Source: Eukaryota sp. GEM-RC1
Lineage: Eukaryota
NCBI GenBank assembly: GCA_040285855.1
Contig: JAUFOQ010000010.1
Span: forward strand, 1,302,001-1,366,000
Length of the DNA: 64,000 nt
Direction of reading: 5' to 3'
The notes beneath the pieces are model-generated. The model had not been told where the DNA came from. It made no database searches and saw nothing but the letters and a program-made list of their open reading frames with translations. Shown piece by piece: positions 37,801-49,785 of this stretch. Positions within the stretch are counted from its first letter, which is position 1. Every line of letters starts with the position of its first letter. The translations under genes were made by a program, and so were the position numbers.

Positions 37801-38195
37801 AGAACCCCTTTGTCGTTGGTGACCTCGTACTTCGAAAGAATGACCAACCTCAGCGCCTGCACGGCTCATGGTTAGGCCCTTTCCAAGTGCTAGAAAGCTC
37901 TCCCGACTCCACGAAAGTTAAAATTCTAAACTTCGTCTCAGGTAACGAACTCACAACCTCCAGCTTGCTCCTTCGCCTATTCTTGGCCCACTCATCCAAC
38001 AAGGAGTATCTGACCGCCATCGCCGCTATGGACCAGCAAGAGTCTATACTTGTGAAGGTGCATGACTTTGATCACAGATCTAACAGAGCCCATGTAGAAT
38101 GGATAGACGGCTCTACATCTATGGAACCTCTCGATGAAATCCGCAAGACCACCGCATGGTCCAAGGCCAAGCACCTCCACGATGTTCCCCTTTGA
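34880..38195 (+). pseudogene. pol: pol region: decayed protease, RT, RNase H, Cys-rich insert, partial integrase, chromo-like tail
   Basis: FLIGCDLL; LDLPKAFWQV, AFGLKNVP, YMDD; TDASD..ELFAII..CDHKN..NVFADLLSR; HSDNGPEF..SNGLVERRN; WLGPF; frameshifts and deletions. Confidence 0.9.
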
Positions 38196-38245
38196 AAACA
38201 CTCGCTGTTCTTAAAGCCATGAGAAGCTTCAAGAAAGAAGAGCAT

Positions 38246-38367
38246 TGTTAGCACAGCAAGTGTTAACACGTGTTCTAGTAGTGAACTGTAGCATTATTTT
38301 ACTTAGATTATTCTCTCCCCTTATAAAGGTACCGTTCTTTTCACTTTCAGCCTTAAACAAGGCATCA
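38246..38367 (+). repeat. 3' LTR (122 bp)
   Basis: Direct repeat of 33160-33281, followed by CTAC. Confidence 0.95.
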
Positions 38368-39409
38368 CTACATGTAACAAGTAATTTTTTTGAATGAATG
38401 GACAAACGGGTTTATATTTTTCACATGATATTACCAACATGGTCTTTTAACTCATCACAATCTGCGAGGTAAATTGGTGGTCCATGTGGCACCAGTAACT
38501 TACCTATAAGAAAGCTGACACTATCTTAATAAATTTCAGCTGCTATCTTCAGCAGATTTGTTTATCAGGACATTTCAGTTATGTTTTTTATGGAAGTGTA
38601 TTTGAAGTTGAGGTCATAACATTAACCACCCAGTAGTTACCCGGATGTGCTTCCAAACACTGATTGTGGTACAACTTACTAGGATATGTCTCATAAGTGG
38701 ACATTGCAAACCTTCAACTAACTCACTGGTTTGTCTATTTCCCTGAGACTAAATTCCTGATGAGACTTATTCACACAGTGACAGTAATTGTAATCAAACC
38801 GTAACATTGCTTATTACTAGTACAATTGATTGAGAAAAGCCATTGATGGTTAGGTATACCATTTCTTCAATGACGTTTATAAACCATAGTACATTAAAGC
38901 AAAGCTGTAGACAATTGACGGTGATCAATTTTTCAAGGATCTCGAAGAACTGTGTAAAGAAAAGATGCGTAAGTTCAGAATGGCTGGATGGAAAAACCGT
39001 ATTGTGTTTTTCATGTATCGGAATATGTCTTTCTATTTCTCTGGATTAGTTGAAAAACCGTACAAATTTTATGTGAAGGTTAATGTTGAAAAACATAATC
39101 TTTTACCGGATAGCCATGTATTGTAATACCAACTCTTCCCATACATATGTTTAGTACAACTCATAATAACTTCTTTGGACCCATAAACCTGTGTAGAAGT
39201 GTGTGAATTGATGTCAACAAGCTGAGAGGTCAAAGATTATTCAAGAAAAAGGCAAAACTGGCGATGTACCAACACCAAGCCGAAATTATCAAATAGAACA
39301 GTTTACCTTCCCATAGTTCATGTTTAAATAGTCCCAAAATTAAACAATTTTATACAACAATACAAACAAATTCTCAAAGAAACAAGGCTTAAACTGTAGT
39401 GGTGATGAT

Positions 39410-40591
39410 TCAACAATTACCACAAGACAAAGACTTCCAACCAGAATTCAAGGTTTCACTGAACTGAGCACACGTCATCATGAACTCAACACGCGTGTTT
39501 TGGTCTTTGAGAATGAAGTTTTGTAAATGTAGAAGAAATCCATGGTAATTGTCTGGTGTTACTGTAACGTTATCAACATTTACTAAAAGCACTTGAGCAA
39601 GCTCACCAAATTCGTCAATTTCTTCATCTTTCCACAACTGTTTTGCCCGGTCAGAAACAATTAGGCAAGTGCAATCAGGCCAAGGAGTGATTGTACAGAA
39701 TCTAGGTCTGGGTACACGATACAACTTTCTATAACGCATAACTTTTTCATTTTGCAATAATCCTTGAAAGGTGTCAACACGTTCTTTTGGATCTAATGAA
39801 ACCAAACCCTCAATAATCTCTCGGAATTCGAGAGAAACCTTAGAGAAATCAGCAGAGCCATCTAACTTCATTGACTTAAGTTTCTTCAAGAAATCATGTA
39901 CACTGTCGTCGCCATCTTCCTGCTTTGGTCTAAACATGAAGTTTCCAGTATATATCTCATACAACAAAGCCCCAAGAGAGTAAAAGTCCACGTCATAGCT
40001 GTATGAAGTTCCCTGGTCAATTTCGGGAGGACGATACAAAGGTGAACCAACAACAGTGTGGAAAACACAAGAACCTTCCCGTGGAATCCTTTCAGCAGCG
40101 TCAAAGTTCGCAAGGACCACGTTTTTATCGTCATCCAGCAAGACATTCTCAGACTTGATATCACGATGAGCTACACCAGCAGTATTATGAAGCCATTCTA
40201 GGCAAGATACCAACTGAGCGAGATAACGCCAGACTTCTTCTCGTTCTATCATGACTCCAGTAGAATAGATGGTGCATATGTTCGATTGATCAAGTTTAGG
40301 TTGGAGAACGGAGAGGAGATCGCCTTCACGGAAGTAATCCATGATGAAGTAGTGGTTGTTGTTATCTTGTTCGACGAGGTGATATCGGATAACAGAAGGA
40401 TGTAGGGAATCTAGTTCAGTGATGATTTGTTCACGAGCGCCGTGAACATTGGGAACAGTTTTACGAACAGCAAAGTTACCAGTGTATTTGTTGAGAACTT
40501 GTTGGACACCCCCATTTGCATTACTTCTACCATGCTTGAATCGGGAGCTTACAGTTTCGAAGTCTTGGAGACTGCGAAGAGGATCAGACAT
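39410..40591 (-). CDS. Ser/Thr kinase-fold protein, NEK-like, probable pseudokinase
   Basis: HRDIKSEN, GSPLYRPPE and DFYSLG present; DFG replaced by NFD; eroded Gly-rich loop. Confidence 0.85.
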   Translation of the reverse strand: MSDPLRSLQDFETVSSRFKHGRSNANGGVQQVLNKYTGNFAVRKTVPNVHGAREQIITELDSLHPSVIRYHLVEQDNNNHYFIMDYFREGDLLSVLQPKLDQSNICTIYSTGVMIEREEVWRYLAQLVSCLEWLHNTAGVAHRDIKSENVLLDDDKNVVLANFDAAERIPREGSCVFHTVVGSPLYRPPEIDQGTSYSYDVDFYSLGALLYEIYTGNFMFRPKQEDGDDSVHDFLKKLKSMKLDGSADFSKVSLEFREIIEGLVSLDPKERVDTFQGLLQNEKVMRYRKLYRVPRPRFCTITPWPDCTCLIVSDRAKQLWKDEEIDEFGELAQVLLVNVDNVTVTPDNYHGFLLHLQNFILKDQNTRVEFMMTCAQFSETLNSGWKSLSCGNC

Positions 40592-41114
40592 AAAAGAGAA
40601 ATGTCTTCAAATTCAATGATTGTTTCTGAAAAAATTTTCAGTCATATTTCATCAGACAGCATAGGATGCAGGGCAGTGAAGAACATCCCTGATCTTTATG
40701 GGTTAGGTGTCATGGACGTGGTGGAAAATTTCCCATATTCTTAGTTGTAATTGTATCACATCATCAACATCAGTTACCGGGTTTCTAAAGTAAAGTGCAG
40801 GGCTGATTGAAAAAATGCAGAACATTACACTATTTTTTTGCTACAATCTAGAATACTCAGTTGCAAAAAAGCAATACAAATATTTGTATTGAAATCGTGT
40901 AGTATTTCTAGACGTTCTGCTTCAAATTAGTTATTATAATAAGAAAAAGACCATTTATAAGAAACGTTTTTCATTGAAAGTCATTTCATTCTATGATGCC
41001 CATAAATTTATTCCACAGCTGTTTTCCTTTCTACCAAGAAGGAAGTTAATTGTAAGTTTACATACATTAATACTGATAATAATTGCAATTTTGATTCACA
41101 TTATGACTAATGTA

Positions 41115-41189
41115 CAGTCAAAACTGTTTATGGCGGGACTATATATACCTACGCTATTTAGAGTTTCACACTATAAACAGTTTTGACTG
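41115..41189. mobile_element. 75-bp MITE (Tc1/mariner-pogo type)
   Basis: Perfect 17-bp TIR CAGTCAAAACTGTTTAT with TA on both sides; matches the ends of 49786-52125. Confidence 0.85.
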
Positions 41190-42023
41190 TACTGTAACTC
41201 ATTTTCAATCTTGAATTCCCAGAATTGGATCATCCTAACAACATTATTTGAGAGTTGTTTATTGTGATATAGCACTATCACAAAATCAATATTTGTTAAA
41301 TTTGTTTCAAATTGAAACGTCGGGAAAAGTTGAAAGTACTTGTATTGGTATGTGTTGCGCAAGTAAAATTTGATTTACTCTGTCTGTCAATTCTCAGCCC
41401 TGATAATCTAGACCCTATTTTTCAAATATTTGTTCTGCTACGTTCCGATGGCTCAGCTACTTTCATACCTATTTCAAACAAATCGAACCAATGTTGATCA
41501 AATGTATCTGAACTCTTTGAATGTCCATAGATGCTGTTCATTTGATGAAAGTCTACGTACAGAAAACATTATGGCTGAGCTAATACAGCTTGAACATTTG
41601 AACGTATATAACGCACTAAGTTTCTTGATCGAGAAGAAACGAGAAGAGGATGATGTCGTTATCAATAGAAACACTTACTGTACAAGTACTACAGTACTTG
41701 TAGTGCAGAGGTTGCTCCAGCCAAAACTGAAGCATCACGCAATGTGAGTTCCAGTTCAACAAAAACCCTGAGACAAAATGATGACAACAACATGTATGTA
41801 ACAAATAAATGTATAAGGAATATGTGGGGACCCATTGAAACCCTGAGATCAGGAAACATGATGTATCAGGATATGGTCAAGATGTCATTATCAAAACAAG
41901 TGAGGGAGAAAGCCAGCTGAAATAAGCTAGGATGACGCCTTCAAGGGCATCCGTCAACCAATTCAGCCATTATAGAGAGAAAGATTGAACAGTTTTCGAC
42001 AATTAATCGTGTATCTACAGTCA

Positions 42024-45000
42024 ATGTTTGTCACTGAACCTCCACTAAAGACAAGTCGTTCTCCGAATGGTACTCTATCTACTGATTTAGCCAATGACTC
42101 CTCCAGTGTCTCTAACTCACAATCATCTCTAGACTTAACCACTTTTTTGTCAGGTGACAGTCATTCTGTAAGCAAGCATATACGCCTCCAGCAATCTCTA
42201 TTGATACTGATAGACTTCCATCTACTGAAACGTGTCATGAAATCTTCCAAAACAGCAAATCTTCGACCTTCCCAGCGTTTAGCCAAATGGTTGTCCTCCC
42301 CTTACTCCCATTCCCAGAATGTTGCATTGGTGAGCCAGCATTTCCTAAATTCTCTATTATCCGCTTTCAGAGTGTTTCTTCAAACCACTATTCTTCCTAT
42401 AACACGGGAAGACCTTCCACGACTTGCTTCAATCAACGCCTACTTTCAAACACAAGTAAAGTATGTGTCTCTGCATGTGCACCGCTCCTTTGACGTTCTA
42501 GATCTCCTTGAGTTTACTCCAATAATCTCAAACTTATCAGTTAATGATTTGACTCACCTACATCAACTTCTTGACCCTTCTTCTTCTTTTATTATAGCTG
42601 CACTTGCAAACAATTCAGTTATTCAAACAGTTGATTTTTCTGAACTTCGCATCCATACTCCAAGTGTTCTTGAACCACTCATGAGCAGTTCTAGTATTAA
42701 AAGCATTGTGTTTCCTCACAATTTTGATTTTGATTCTTCAGTAATTAATTCCATCAATGAAAATTCAGCAATTACAACAGTTTGTCTTAAAAAAACTGAG
42801 TGTACTTCTCCAAGTGTATATTCCTCAATTGCTAATTTAATTAAATTTGACAATTCTTTAAAAAAGATGGTTCTAGACGTGTGTAAATGTTATTTACCTT
42901 CCATTTTTGAATCTTTGGGAACAAATACTTCGTTGTTAGAGCTGATTCTTCATTCATACGGTTGTGGCTGTAAAATCGAAGGCCTTCGTAATGAGCAATC
43001 GTTGTTCAGGATGATACAGCGGAATACAAGTTTACTTGTCCTAAGTCTTGGAGGTTCAATTTTTGATTCATTCCTGTTAAGTGCCGCCATGAGGGCACTT
43101 AAAAGTAGATCGTCGTCACTTAAAATTGTTTGTTTGTCGGATTTACAGTTCAAATCAGTTGTCCTGTCATACAATATATTATCGGCCTCAAATTCAATAA
43201 TGTCACGTATTCAACTTCATCCTCATTATTTTGATGTATTGCATGGATTTTTACACTTTGACAATACGATCAATAATTGTGATCTTGTGCACATTTTAGA
43301 GGCACTAAAGTCAAATGTTCGGTTTGAAAGAATCACTTGTCAAGGATTGAGAAGTCCCAGTATGAACGGCATTATTACTTTATTCAAAATTCTTTCTATT
43401 AAGAGGACAGTGATTGAGCTGGATATCTCCCCCAGCTTACTTGATATTGAAAGTCGCGTGTTCTGTTATTCGCCCACAAATTTTGTCAGTTTAACTCGAA
43501 ATAATATCACGTCATTACAGCGTTTTGTGAATCGATTTGCTATTAAAGTGCTGACCATTAAAAATTGTTGTTTTGATGACCAATCAATAGATGCTTTGTC
43601 TGGTTTAATTAGGACCAATAATTCATTGACTTCTATCAACTTCAGGTTTCCGATACTCTCGAACACTGATTTTGCGCTACTATTTGGTGCAATTCTATAT
43701 AATTCTAGTTTACGTAAGGTAGTTGTGAACTCATGTTCCTCCAAAAGTCATAATCTTTGGACTATTGTCGAATGTGAATGTTGTAACATGTCACTTCCAA
43801 CCAAGATCTCAGTCAATCAATCAAATGAATTCGGTTGTTTGGTGAGAACTTTTGGTCAACTTTTAGCTCGCAAGTCAATTGATATTATTGAAATGTTTGA
43901 TCATTCAATTAATGTTGGTTGTGGCTACATTCGTTTCAGCAATACAATTAACTGCACTGATTTAGCAGTGTTATTAGAGGCTTTAAACTCAGGAGTCCCT
44001 ATTAAACGTGTTGATTGTCTTGGATTGAGGACTTCAAGTTTAGAAGAAATTATTACGTTTTTCCTGATTCGTTCTATTAACAGCACAATGCTTGGCTATG
44101 ATATTTCGCCGAATCGTCTTGATATCGAATCTGGGGCATTTTGCTATTCTCCAGAAAGGCAGACCCGGATCACCTCCAAAGACGTCTCACGTCTACAACA
44201 GTCTTTTCTTTCTTTTAAGTTCTTTCGTAGCAAAGAACTTACACTAAAGAGGTGTGCGTTTTTAGGAGAAACATTCGATGCATTGTGTCATTTTATTAAT
44301 GCAAATAATTCATTGACTTCTGTTAACTTCAGTGAGTGCATACCATGTGATGACAGTTCATATACGTCACATCACCAGACTGGTACAAGTTTCACAAAAT
44401 TCATCAGTAAACTTCACTACAATTCGAATTTAAAGAAAGTTGTTCTCAAAGATTGCAACATTGGACTATGCATTCTCTTAACAATTCTTGAACTAAACTC
44501 ATCTGGAAATGAAACACAGAAGTTTAATGTATCTCCTCATAGTATTGACTTTAAGAATGGTTCGTTTTGCTTTTCGCCAGAGCATCTTACTAAAATAACC
44601 ATCAATCAAATTTCATCTCTAAATTATTTTATCCAAAGCAGCGGGTTCAAAAATCTAACTTTAAGAGGATGTCGTTTTACTGAAACTACCATTAATGTTT
44701 TGTGTGATTTACTCAATCTCAACAATTCATTGACTTCTGTTGACTTCAGCCATTGTGATCTTTCTGATCAAGCTTTCTCTCAATTGATATCTGCCCTTAA
44801 GTTAAATTCCTCCTCAAAACTATCAAGAATTTGTATGATTCGAAATTCTATTGGATCGGGAGGAGCATTCGCATTGTCTGAATTATTAAAAGGAAACACT
44901 GTGATTAAGGAGATCTACATATTTGGAAACACTATTGATGATGATGGTGTAATTGCATTAGCTGAGGCATTGTCAGTAAATTCAACACTTACTCGAATCG

Positions 45001-45245
45001 ATCTAGGTGACAACCATGTTGGGTCTGCAGGTGCTGTAGCGTTGGCATCAGCTCTAAAAAGAAACATCTCAATTGAAGACGTATGTCTGCATGCGAATTC
45101 TATTGAAAATGAAGGTGCGATTGCATTGGCTGAAACTCTTTTAGAAAATTCGTCAGTTACTAACATTGATTTGGGTTTTAACTCTATTGATACCGGAACG
45201 GAACAGTTCGTTGAAAGAAATTCAAAAGGACGGATCAAGTTTTAA
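42024..45245 (+). CDS. Intact LRR family gene D (Ser-rich N-terminus, F-box-like core, composite LRRs, canonical 28-aa RNI repeats)
   Basis: Uninterrupted ORF, first ATG at 42024; HIRLQQSLLILI..VALVSQHF core. Confidence 0.9.
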   Translation: MFVTEPPLKTSRSPNGTLSTDLANDSSSVSNSQSSLDLTTFLSGDSHSVSKHIRLQQSLLILIDFHLLKRVMKSSKTANLRPSQRLAKWLSSPYSHSQNVALVSQHFLNSLLSAFRVFLQTTILPITREDLPRLASINAYFQTQVKYVSLHVHRSFDVLDLLEFTPIISNLSVNDLTHLHQLLDPSSSFIIAALANNSVIQTVDFSELRIHTPSVLEPLMSSSSIKSIVFPHNFDFDSSVINSINENSAITTVCLKKTECTSPSVYSSIANLIKFDNSLKKMVLDVCKCYLPSIFESLGTNTSLLELILHSYGCGCKIEGLRNEQSLFRMIQRNTSLLVLSLGGSIFDSFLLSAAMRALKSRSSSLKIVCLSDLQFKSVVLSYNILSASNSIMSRIQLHPHYFDVLHGFLHFDNTINNCDLVHILEALKSNVRFERITCQGLRSPSMNGIITLFKILSIKRTVIELDISPSLLDIESRVFCYSPTNFVSLTRNNITSLQRFVNRFAIKVLTIKNCCFDDQSIDALSGLIRTNNSLTSINFRFPILSNTDFALLFGAILYNSSLRKVVVNSCSSKSHNLWTIVECECCNMSLPTKISVNQSNEFGCLVRTFGQLLARKSIDIIEMFDHSINVGCGYIRFSNTINCTDLAVLLEALNSGVPIKRVDCLGLRTSSLEEIITFFLIRSINSTMLGYDISPNRLDIESGAFCYSPERQTRITSKDVSRLQQSFLSFKFFRSKELTLKRCAFLGETFDALCHFINANNSLTSVNFSECIPCDDSSYTSHHQTGTSFTKFISKLHYNSNLKKVVLKDCNIGLCILLTILELNSSGNETQKFNVSPHSIDFKNGSFCFSPEHLTKITINQISSLNYFIQSSGFKNLTLRGCRFTETTINVLCDLLNLNNSLTSVDFSHCDLSDQAFSQLISALKLNSSSKLSRICMIRNSIGSGGAFALSELLKGNTVIKEIYIFGNTIDDDGVIALAEALSVNSTLTRIDLGDNHVGSAGAVALASALKRNISIEDVCLHANSIENEGAIALAETLLENSSVTNIDLGFNSIDTGTEQFVERNSKGRIKF

Positions 45246-45749
45246 ATGGTTCCTGTTCGTCTTATAACCTAATTTTAATTTGCATTATCATTATGAAATG
45301 GGGATGACAAGTATCTTAATAGTATAAATATGTTATACTATAATAATCACTTGTTTGTAATCAATATTACTCTATCGAGATTCATTATTCATTCTTAATA
45401 TACATGTATAATTCCCATAAATGTAATAAAGTCTGTAATTCTTTTTTCCGAGGACATCGACATGCCAATCAAATCACATGTGATCTTATATCTCAAAATT
45501 GAGTCAAAAAATACTGTTCTTTTTGTGTAAAATTGAATACCTCTCTACTTTTTTTTATTGATGTGACCTGTAGGTTTATAGTGAATAAACTCATATAATC
45601 AACTGAAAAAGTAAAAAAAGTGACGTATACTAATGACATCATTGAAGATAAAACAAAATGTACACATATAAATCAAACAGCTATAAACCCTTACAAGATT
45701 AGCTTTTTAATAACGATCATCTAGAATATGACACATTCCCTCTATTTTA

Positions 45750-47120
45750 ACTTTGTTATTAATTTTGGACACATTTGCCAACACTCTGGCACCTTCAGCT
45801 CCAATAGAGTTTTCAAGTTATAACTTTAGTATTAACATTTAACGCCTCTGCCAAACATACATCTTCATCTGTGATAGAGTTTCCCTGAAGATACACAATC
45901 TTAACTACACTATTGAGTTATAACGCATCTGCCAAAAATCGTGCACCTTCAGCTCCAATAGAGTTGTACGACAGATCAATACTTGTAACTGAAGTATTAA
46001 CTTTAAAAGATTCTGCTAAAGTTCTAGCACCTTCATCTCTAATGGAGTTGTCCTGCAAACGAATACGCAAAACTGTAGAATTAATTTGCAAGGCATCTGC
46101 TAAAGCACTAGCACCTTCAGCTCTAAGATTATTGAAATCAAGATTAACACCTGTAACTGTAGTATTAACTTTCAATAATTCAATAAATGTCATAGCATTA
46201 GAAAAGAACGCTGAACACGCACATCAAGATCTTTAAGTCGTGGAAAAATCAAGGAAGACTTGTTCAGAAACTCCAAGTCATTATGATTCTTCAATACAAA
46301 TTCCAATCCAGAAAATATATTAGAACAACTATTAAATTCTTCAACATAAAAGGTATCGTATACGTGCAAGAAAACAGATTGTTTCTCTGCTCCAAAGAAA
46401 GAAGCAAATGAAGAGATTTGAGAAAGATATTCAGGAATGACATGAAACGTGTTTGTTTGAAAAAAACAGCTTGGTTGATAGCATAGAAGAATTAAAGAAA
46501 TGATGGCTTACATAGCCAACTTTCTTAAAGAAAGTACGAAGATCTTTCTTCAAGTTAAGAAGGGGACAATGAGGATTATCACGATTTCATTCGAGAAAAA
46601 AAACTGACAAAGACTTCTCAACAAGTGAATATGAATTAGAATCAGCAAAGACTGTGGAAAGTGTAAGCATCTTAAAGGAGATTGGAATGAGGAAGTCATA
46701 GGGAGGAGTTCAAGTGGTTTAGGTTCAGCATTAGGTTTATAAGAGAAAGTACTAGTATTCAATGGTTTAACAGAAGACTGAGGAGCAGAAGCTACATAGG
46801 TACGGATAGGGCGGTCATGGATCTTAAACATCCAGTACTTATCTAAACATTGCTTGAGTCCTTGAACATGAAGAAACTCGACAAAGAACGTGCCTGGAAT
46901 ATTACTAGGAGATCGAACTTCTTTAACGGGAAGAGATGAGAAGGCTTGCTTAATGTCGGCTTCTGTAGCACTGTATGCAACGTTCACGATTTTGGCAGTG
47001 AAGGGGGCTTCAGGGGGAAGTTCATATTCTTCGAGGGATGTACGTGGGGTGGAAACTTGGGGTTGTTCACCGGCTATTGGATTACAAGAAGATCGAGTAG
47101 GTTCACTGTGGATGGAAGAT
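45750..47120 (-). pseudogene. RRM (eIF4B/4H-like)-F-box-like-LRR gene E, disrupted
   Basis: LPPEAPFTAKIVNVAYSATEADIK..TFFVEF in frame with LHFPQSLLILIHIHLL; downstream homologous to gene F, with an in-frame TAA and deletions. Confidence 0.75.
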
Positions 47121-48599
47121 CAGCACATGTTTGAGTATAATCTTCATCGAGGTAAATCAAAATGGGACAAACTACTACTAGTAGTAGGTCGTTTCCTTCA
47201 ACACCATCAAATGCATCCTCCCTTTTTCATCTACTCTTCACGTAACATCTTATTACATAGATACCGTGATCAGATACGTCATCACTCCTGTTCAATAACA
47301 AGATATTGGCTCGTTTCCATGATTTGGGTTCTTCTTCACTTCAAACACGTCTGAAAACACGCTTCTCCATATGTCCCTTGGATTCTCTGTCTACTTTATG
47401 TTGGTCATCTTTACTATGTAAGTATTTTGCCGTCAATTTGTTTGATTACTATTACTTTTTTTAGTTGTGAGTCCACTGATTATTTCTACGCTTACTCTAA
47501 AGCAACTACTTAGACTTTTGTATCACTACAAATTAACAAACTCAATTTAAACTCTAGTATCTTCCGTGTCCAGGATGTTACTATTAGAAGGACGTCGTCA
47601 TTAAACAAAGATGAACGAATTATAAGGAAAAGCTCACCATATACTAATGTAATTGACATTCTGATCACCCATGGTCTTTTGTTAAAGGTTTTAGATCTGT
47701 AGATGCGGTTTAATCTGATCCAAACATTCAAGGACAAATTGTTGAATTTTGAAAGAACTTTAGTAATTATTTTAATAATATGCAGTTGTTCTATCTAGTG
47801 TTCGAAGAAATTTCATCCACTCAGAATCAACGTGATTTCGGGAAAAAAATTAACTGACACGTCATCATCTGTTTATCTAATGTATAGGTAGAATCAGTTA
47901 TCTTCATGGTCATGAAGAATATTTAATTTGTTTTGAGAACAAAATAAGTTGTTCAATTCAATTATGGAAATTGAAACAACTACTTTCTGGGCCTGTAAGT
48001 AAAGTTTTAGAAATTAGTTGTTATATGTCCCAGTTACTGTTTTACTGTGACTGCTATTTGGACACTCTAAATGTACCAATGACAAAGCAAAATTCAATCC
48101 ATTTGTCGCCAAAATTACATTATGTATGTGTCCACCCAGGCTATTCCACTTTAGTGAAATTGCCTTCCTTCACGGCCAGCAACTCGATTACACAATATTC
48201 TTTCATATCTGACAATTTATTTTGACTTAATTATCAGTGGAAATGCTTTTTGAGTGGGTATGTGTGGACATAGAACTTGATAAAACATTGCATTGGTTGG
48301 TCTGTACTTTTCTAGTTTTAAGACTTGGAGTACTGTTTTCTTCCCAAAAACCTCAATTGTTCGAGTTTCACCTGGATTAACAAATATAGCAAGATCAATA
48401 CTTAGCGACTTTCGACCACCCCCTCGAACACGAAAAGAAGAAGGATCTGAGTTCTTCTTTTTTCTTTTGACATTGTTGGCTTGTCAGTCTTCTAGCCGCC
48501 GAAGGTTTAGATTAGAGTACTGAGAAAGCACAGTAGCATTGCTTTTTTCTTCCAGCTCAAAAGAATCTTTTGTTTAAACTCTAACGGTCAGCTGTGCTC

Positions 48600-49500
48600 G
48601 AGAACGTCTCTTTTCTGAAAGACCGGGTCAATGATTTGGAATTCCTCCACTTGAACGATGAGATCTTGGAACCATGGTAAAAAACTATTGATATGTACTG
48701 GTTTTAGTCCTTTTCTTAAATACAGAAATTTCTTACTTTTAACATCTTCAATTTAAATTAGTGGTATGCTTTAATTAGGGACTCCACTCGACAGTAAATG
48801 TGGTGAGGTTCTTCTTGGTTTTTTCCACTAATATATATAGTTTCGTGTAGCACTAGAAGATGATAACCAATATGAATGTGAATATCAGTTTAGAGTAAGC
48901 AGTTGAAGACTTTGCTCTGATTTCTTCCATTGCAGCGTTAAAGTCATTTTCATTTAAGGCTCTGGCAGCTCTCCCAACCAATACACCAGTATAACGAGCA
49001 CCCATATTCTTGGCTAAGTGTCTGACACAATATGCATGATTGCTGTCCGGGAAAGTAGTTCTTACAGCGTCCAACAGTTCTTTTTCTGTATCTGACATAA
49101 ATGTGACAATGTCATCACCATAGCACTGTTTAAAATTCTTTCAAAACCAAGTCAATTATCCATATTTTCGGTTGATACAACAGCAAAGGAGATGTGGAAA
49201 CAGTTGAGCATCAATCCCTGAGCTTCAACAGCAGTTGATGTCAAAAGGAATTGTTTAAATTTGGTACGTAAATTCATACCATATAAACTAGCCCATTAGT
49301 CGACAGTATTTGAAGCCATTTATCGTACTATTGATAGCAATAAAGAGACGCTTAAAGCGTTGCCATCTACTTCAAAATCTACATGAGTTCCAGGATTAAG
49401 TTGCTTTAAACGTGATAAATAGGAAGGAAGTGGTCTGAAGTTATCTTCTTCGGTACCAAAAAACCGTTGTTTAACCCATATTTAAGACCCATAAAAGTAG
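48600..49500 (-). mobile_element. Decayed Mutator/MULE transposase
   Basis: PSYLSRLKQLNPGTHVDF, FKRLFIAI, MSDTEKELLDAVRTTFPDSNHAYCVRHLAKN. Confidence 0.8.
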
Positions 49501-49785
49501 TGTGATTTATGATGGCTATGAGTAAGTATATTTCTATAATACATACATACTGTACATGTATATAGAAACATATAGATTCATTTCAGTATTTTCCTAATTG
49601 GGTTACTAACAATCTTAATATTTGAAAACCTTCCTTCTGTCGTAAAATTAGCGCCTTTTTAGAGGCTGGAGCTATGAGTGTGCTATTTATAGGAACTTAT
49701 GTATTATTAGTTTAAATTTTCATCTGTTTTCAAATTCTGAAGAGACACGTGTTTCGTTTGAGAAAGAATCAAAAACTGTGTTATA

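Larger units (their letters stand above)
33160..38367 (+). mobile_element. Ty3/gypsy LTR retrotransposon, both ends intact but internally defective
   Basis: Paired LTRs TG..CA, CTAC TSD, PPT aagaaagaagag; domain order gag-PR-RT-RH-IN-chromo-like. Confidence 0.95.

Noticed and set aside
38757..38810. Hammerhead ribozyme at CTGATGA
   Set aside because: No downstream stem II plus GAAA
48200..48480. Ulp1-like protease carried by the MULE
   Set aside because: Only a weak IFVNPG resemblance; the catalytic HW and Cys motifs are not visible
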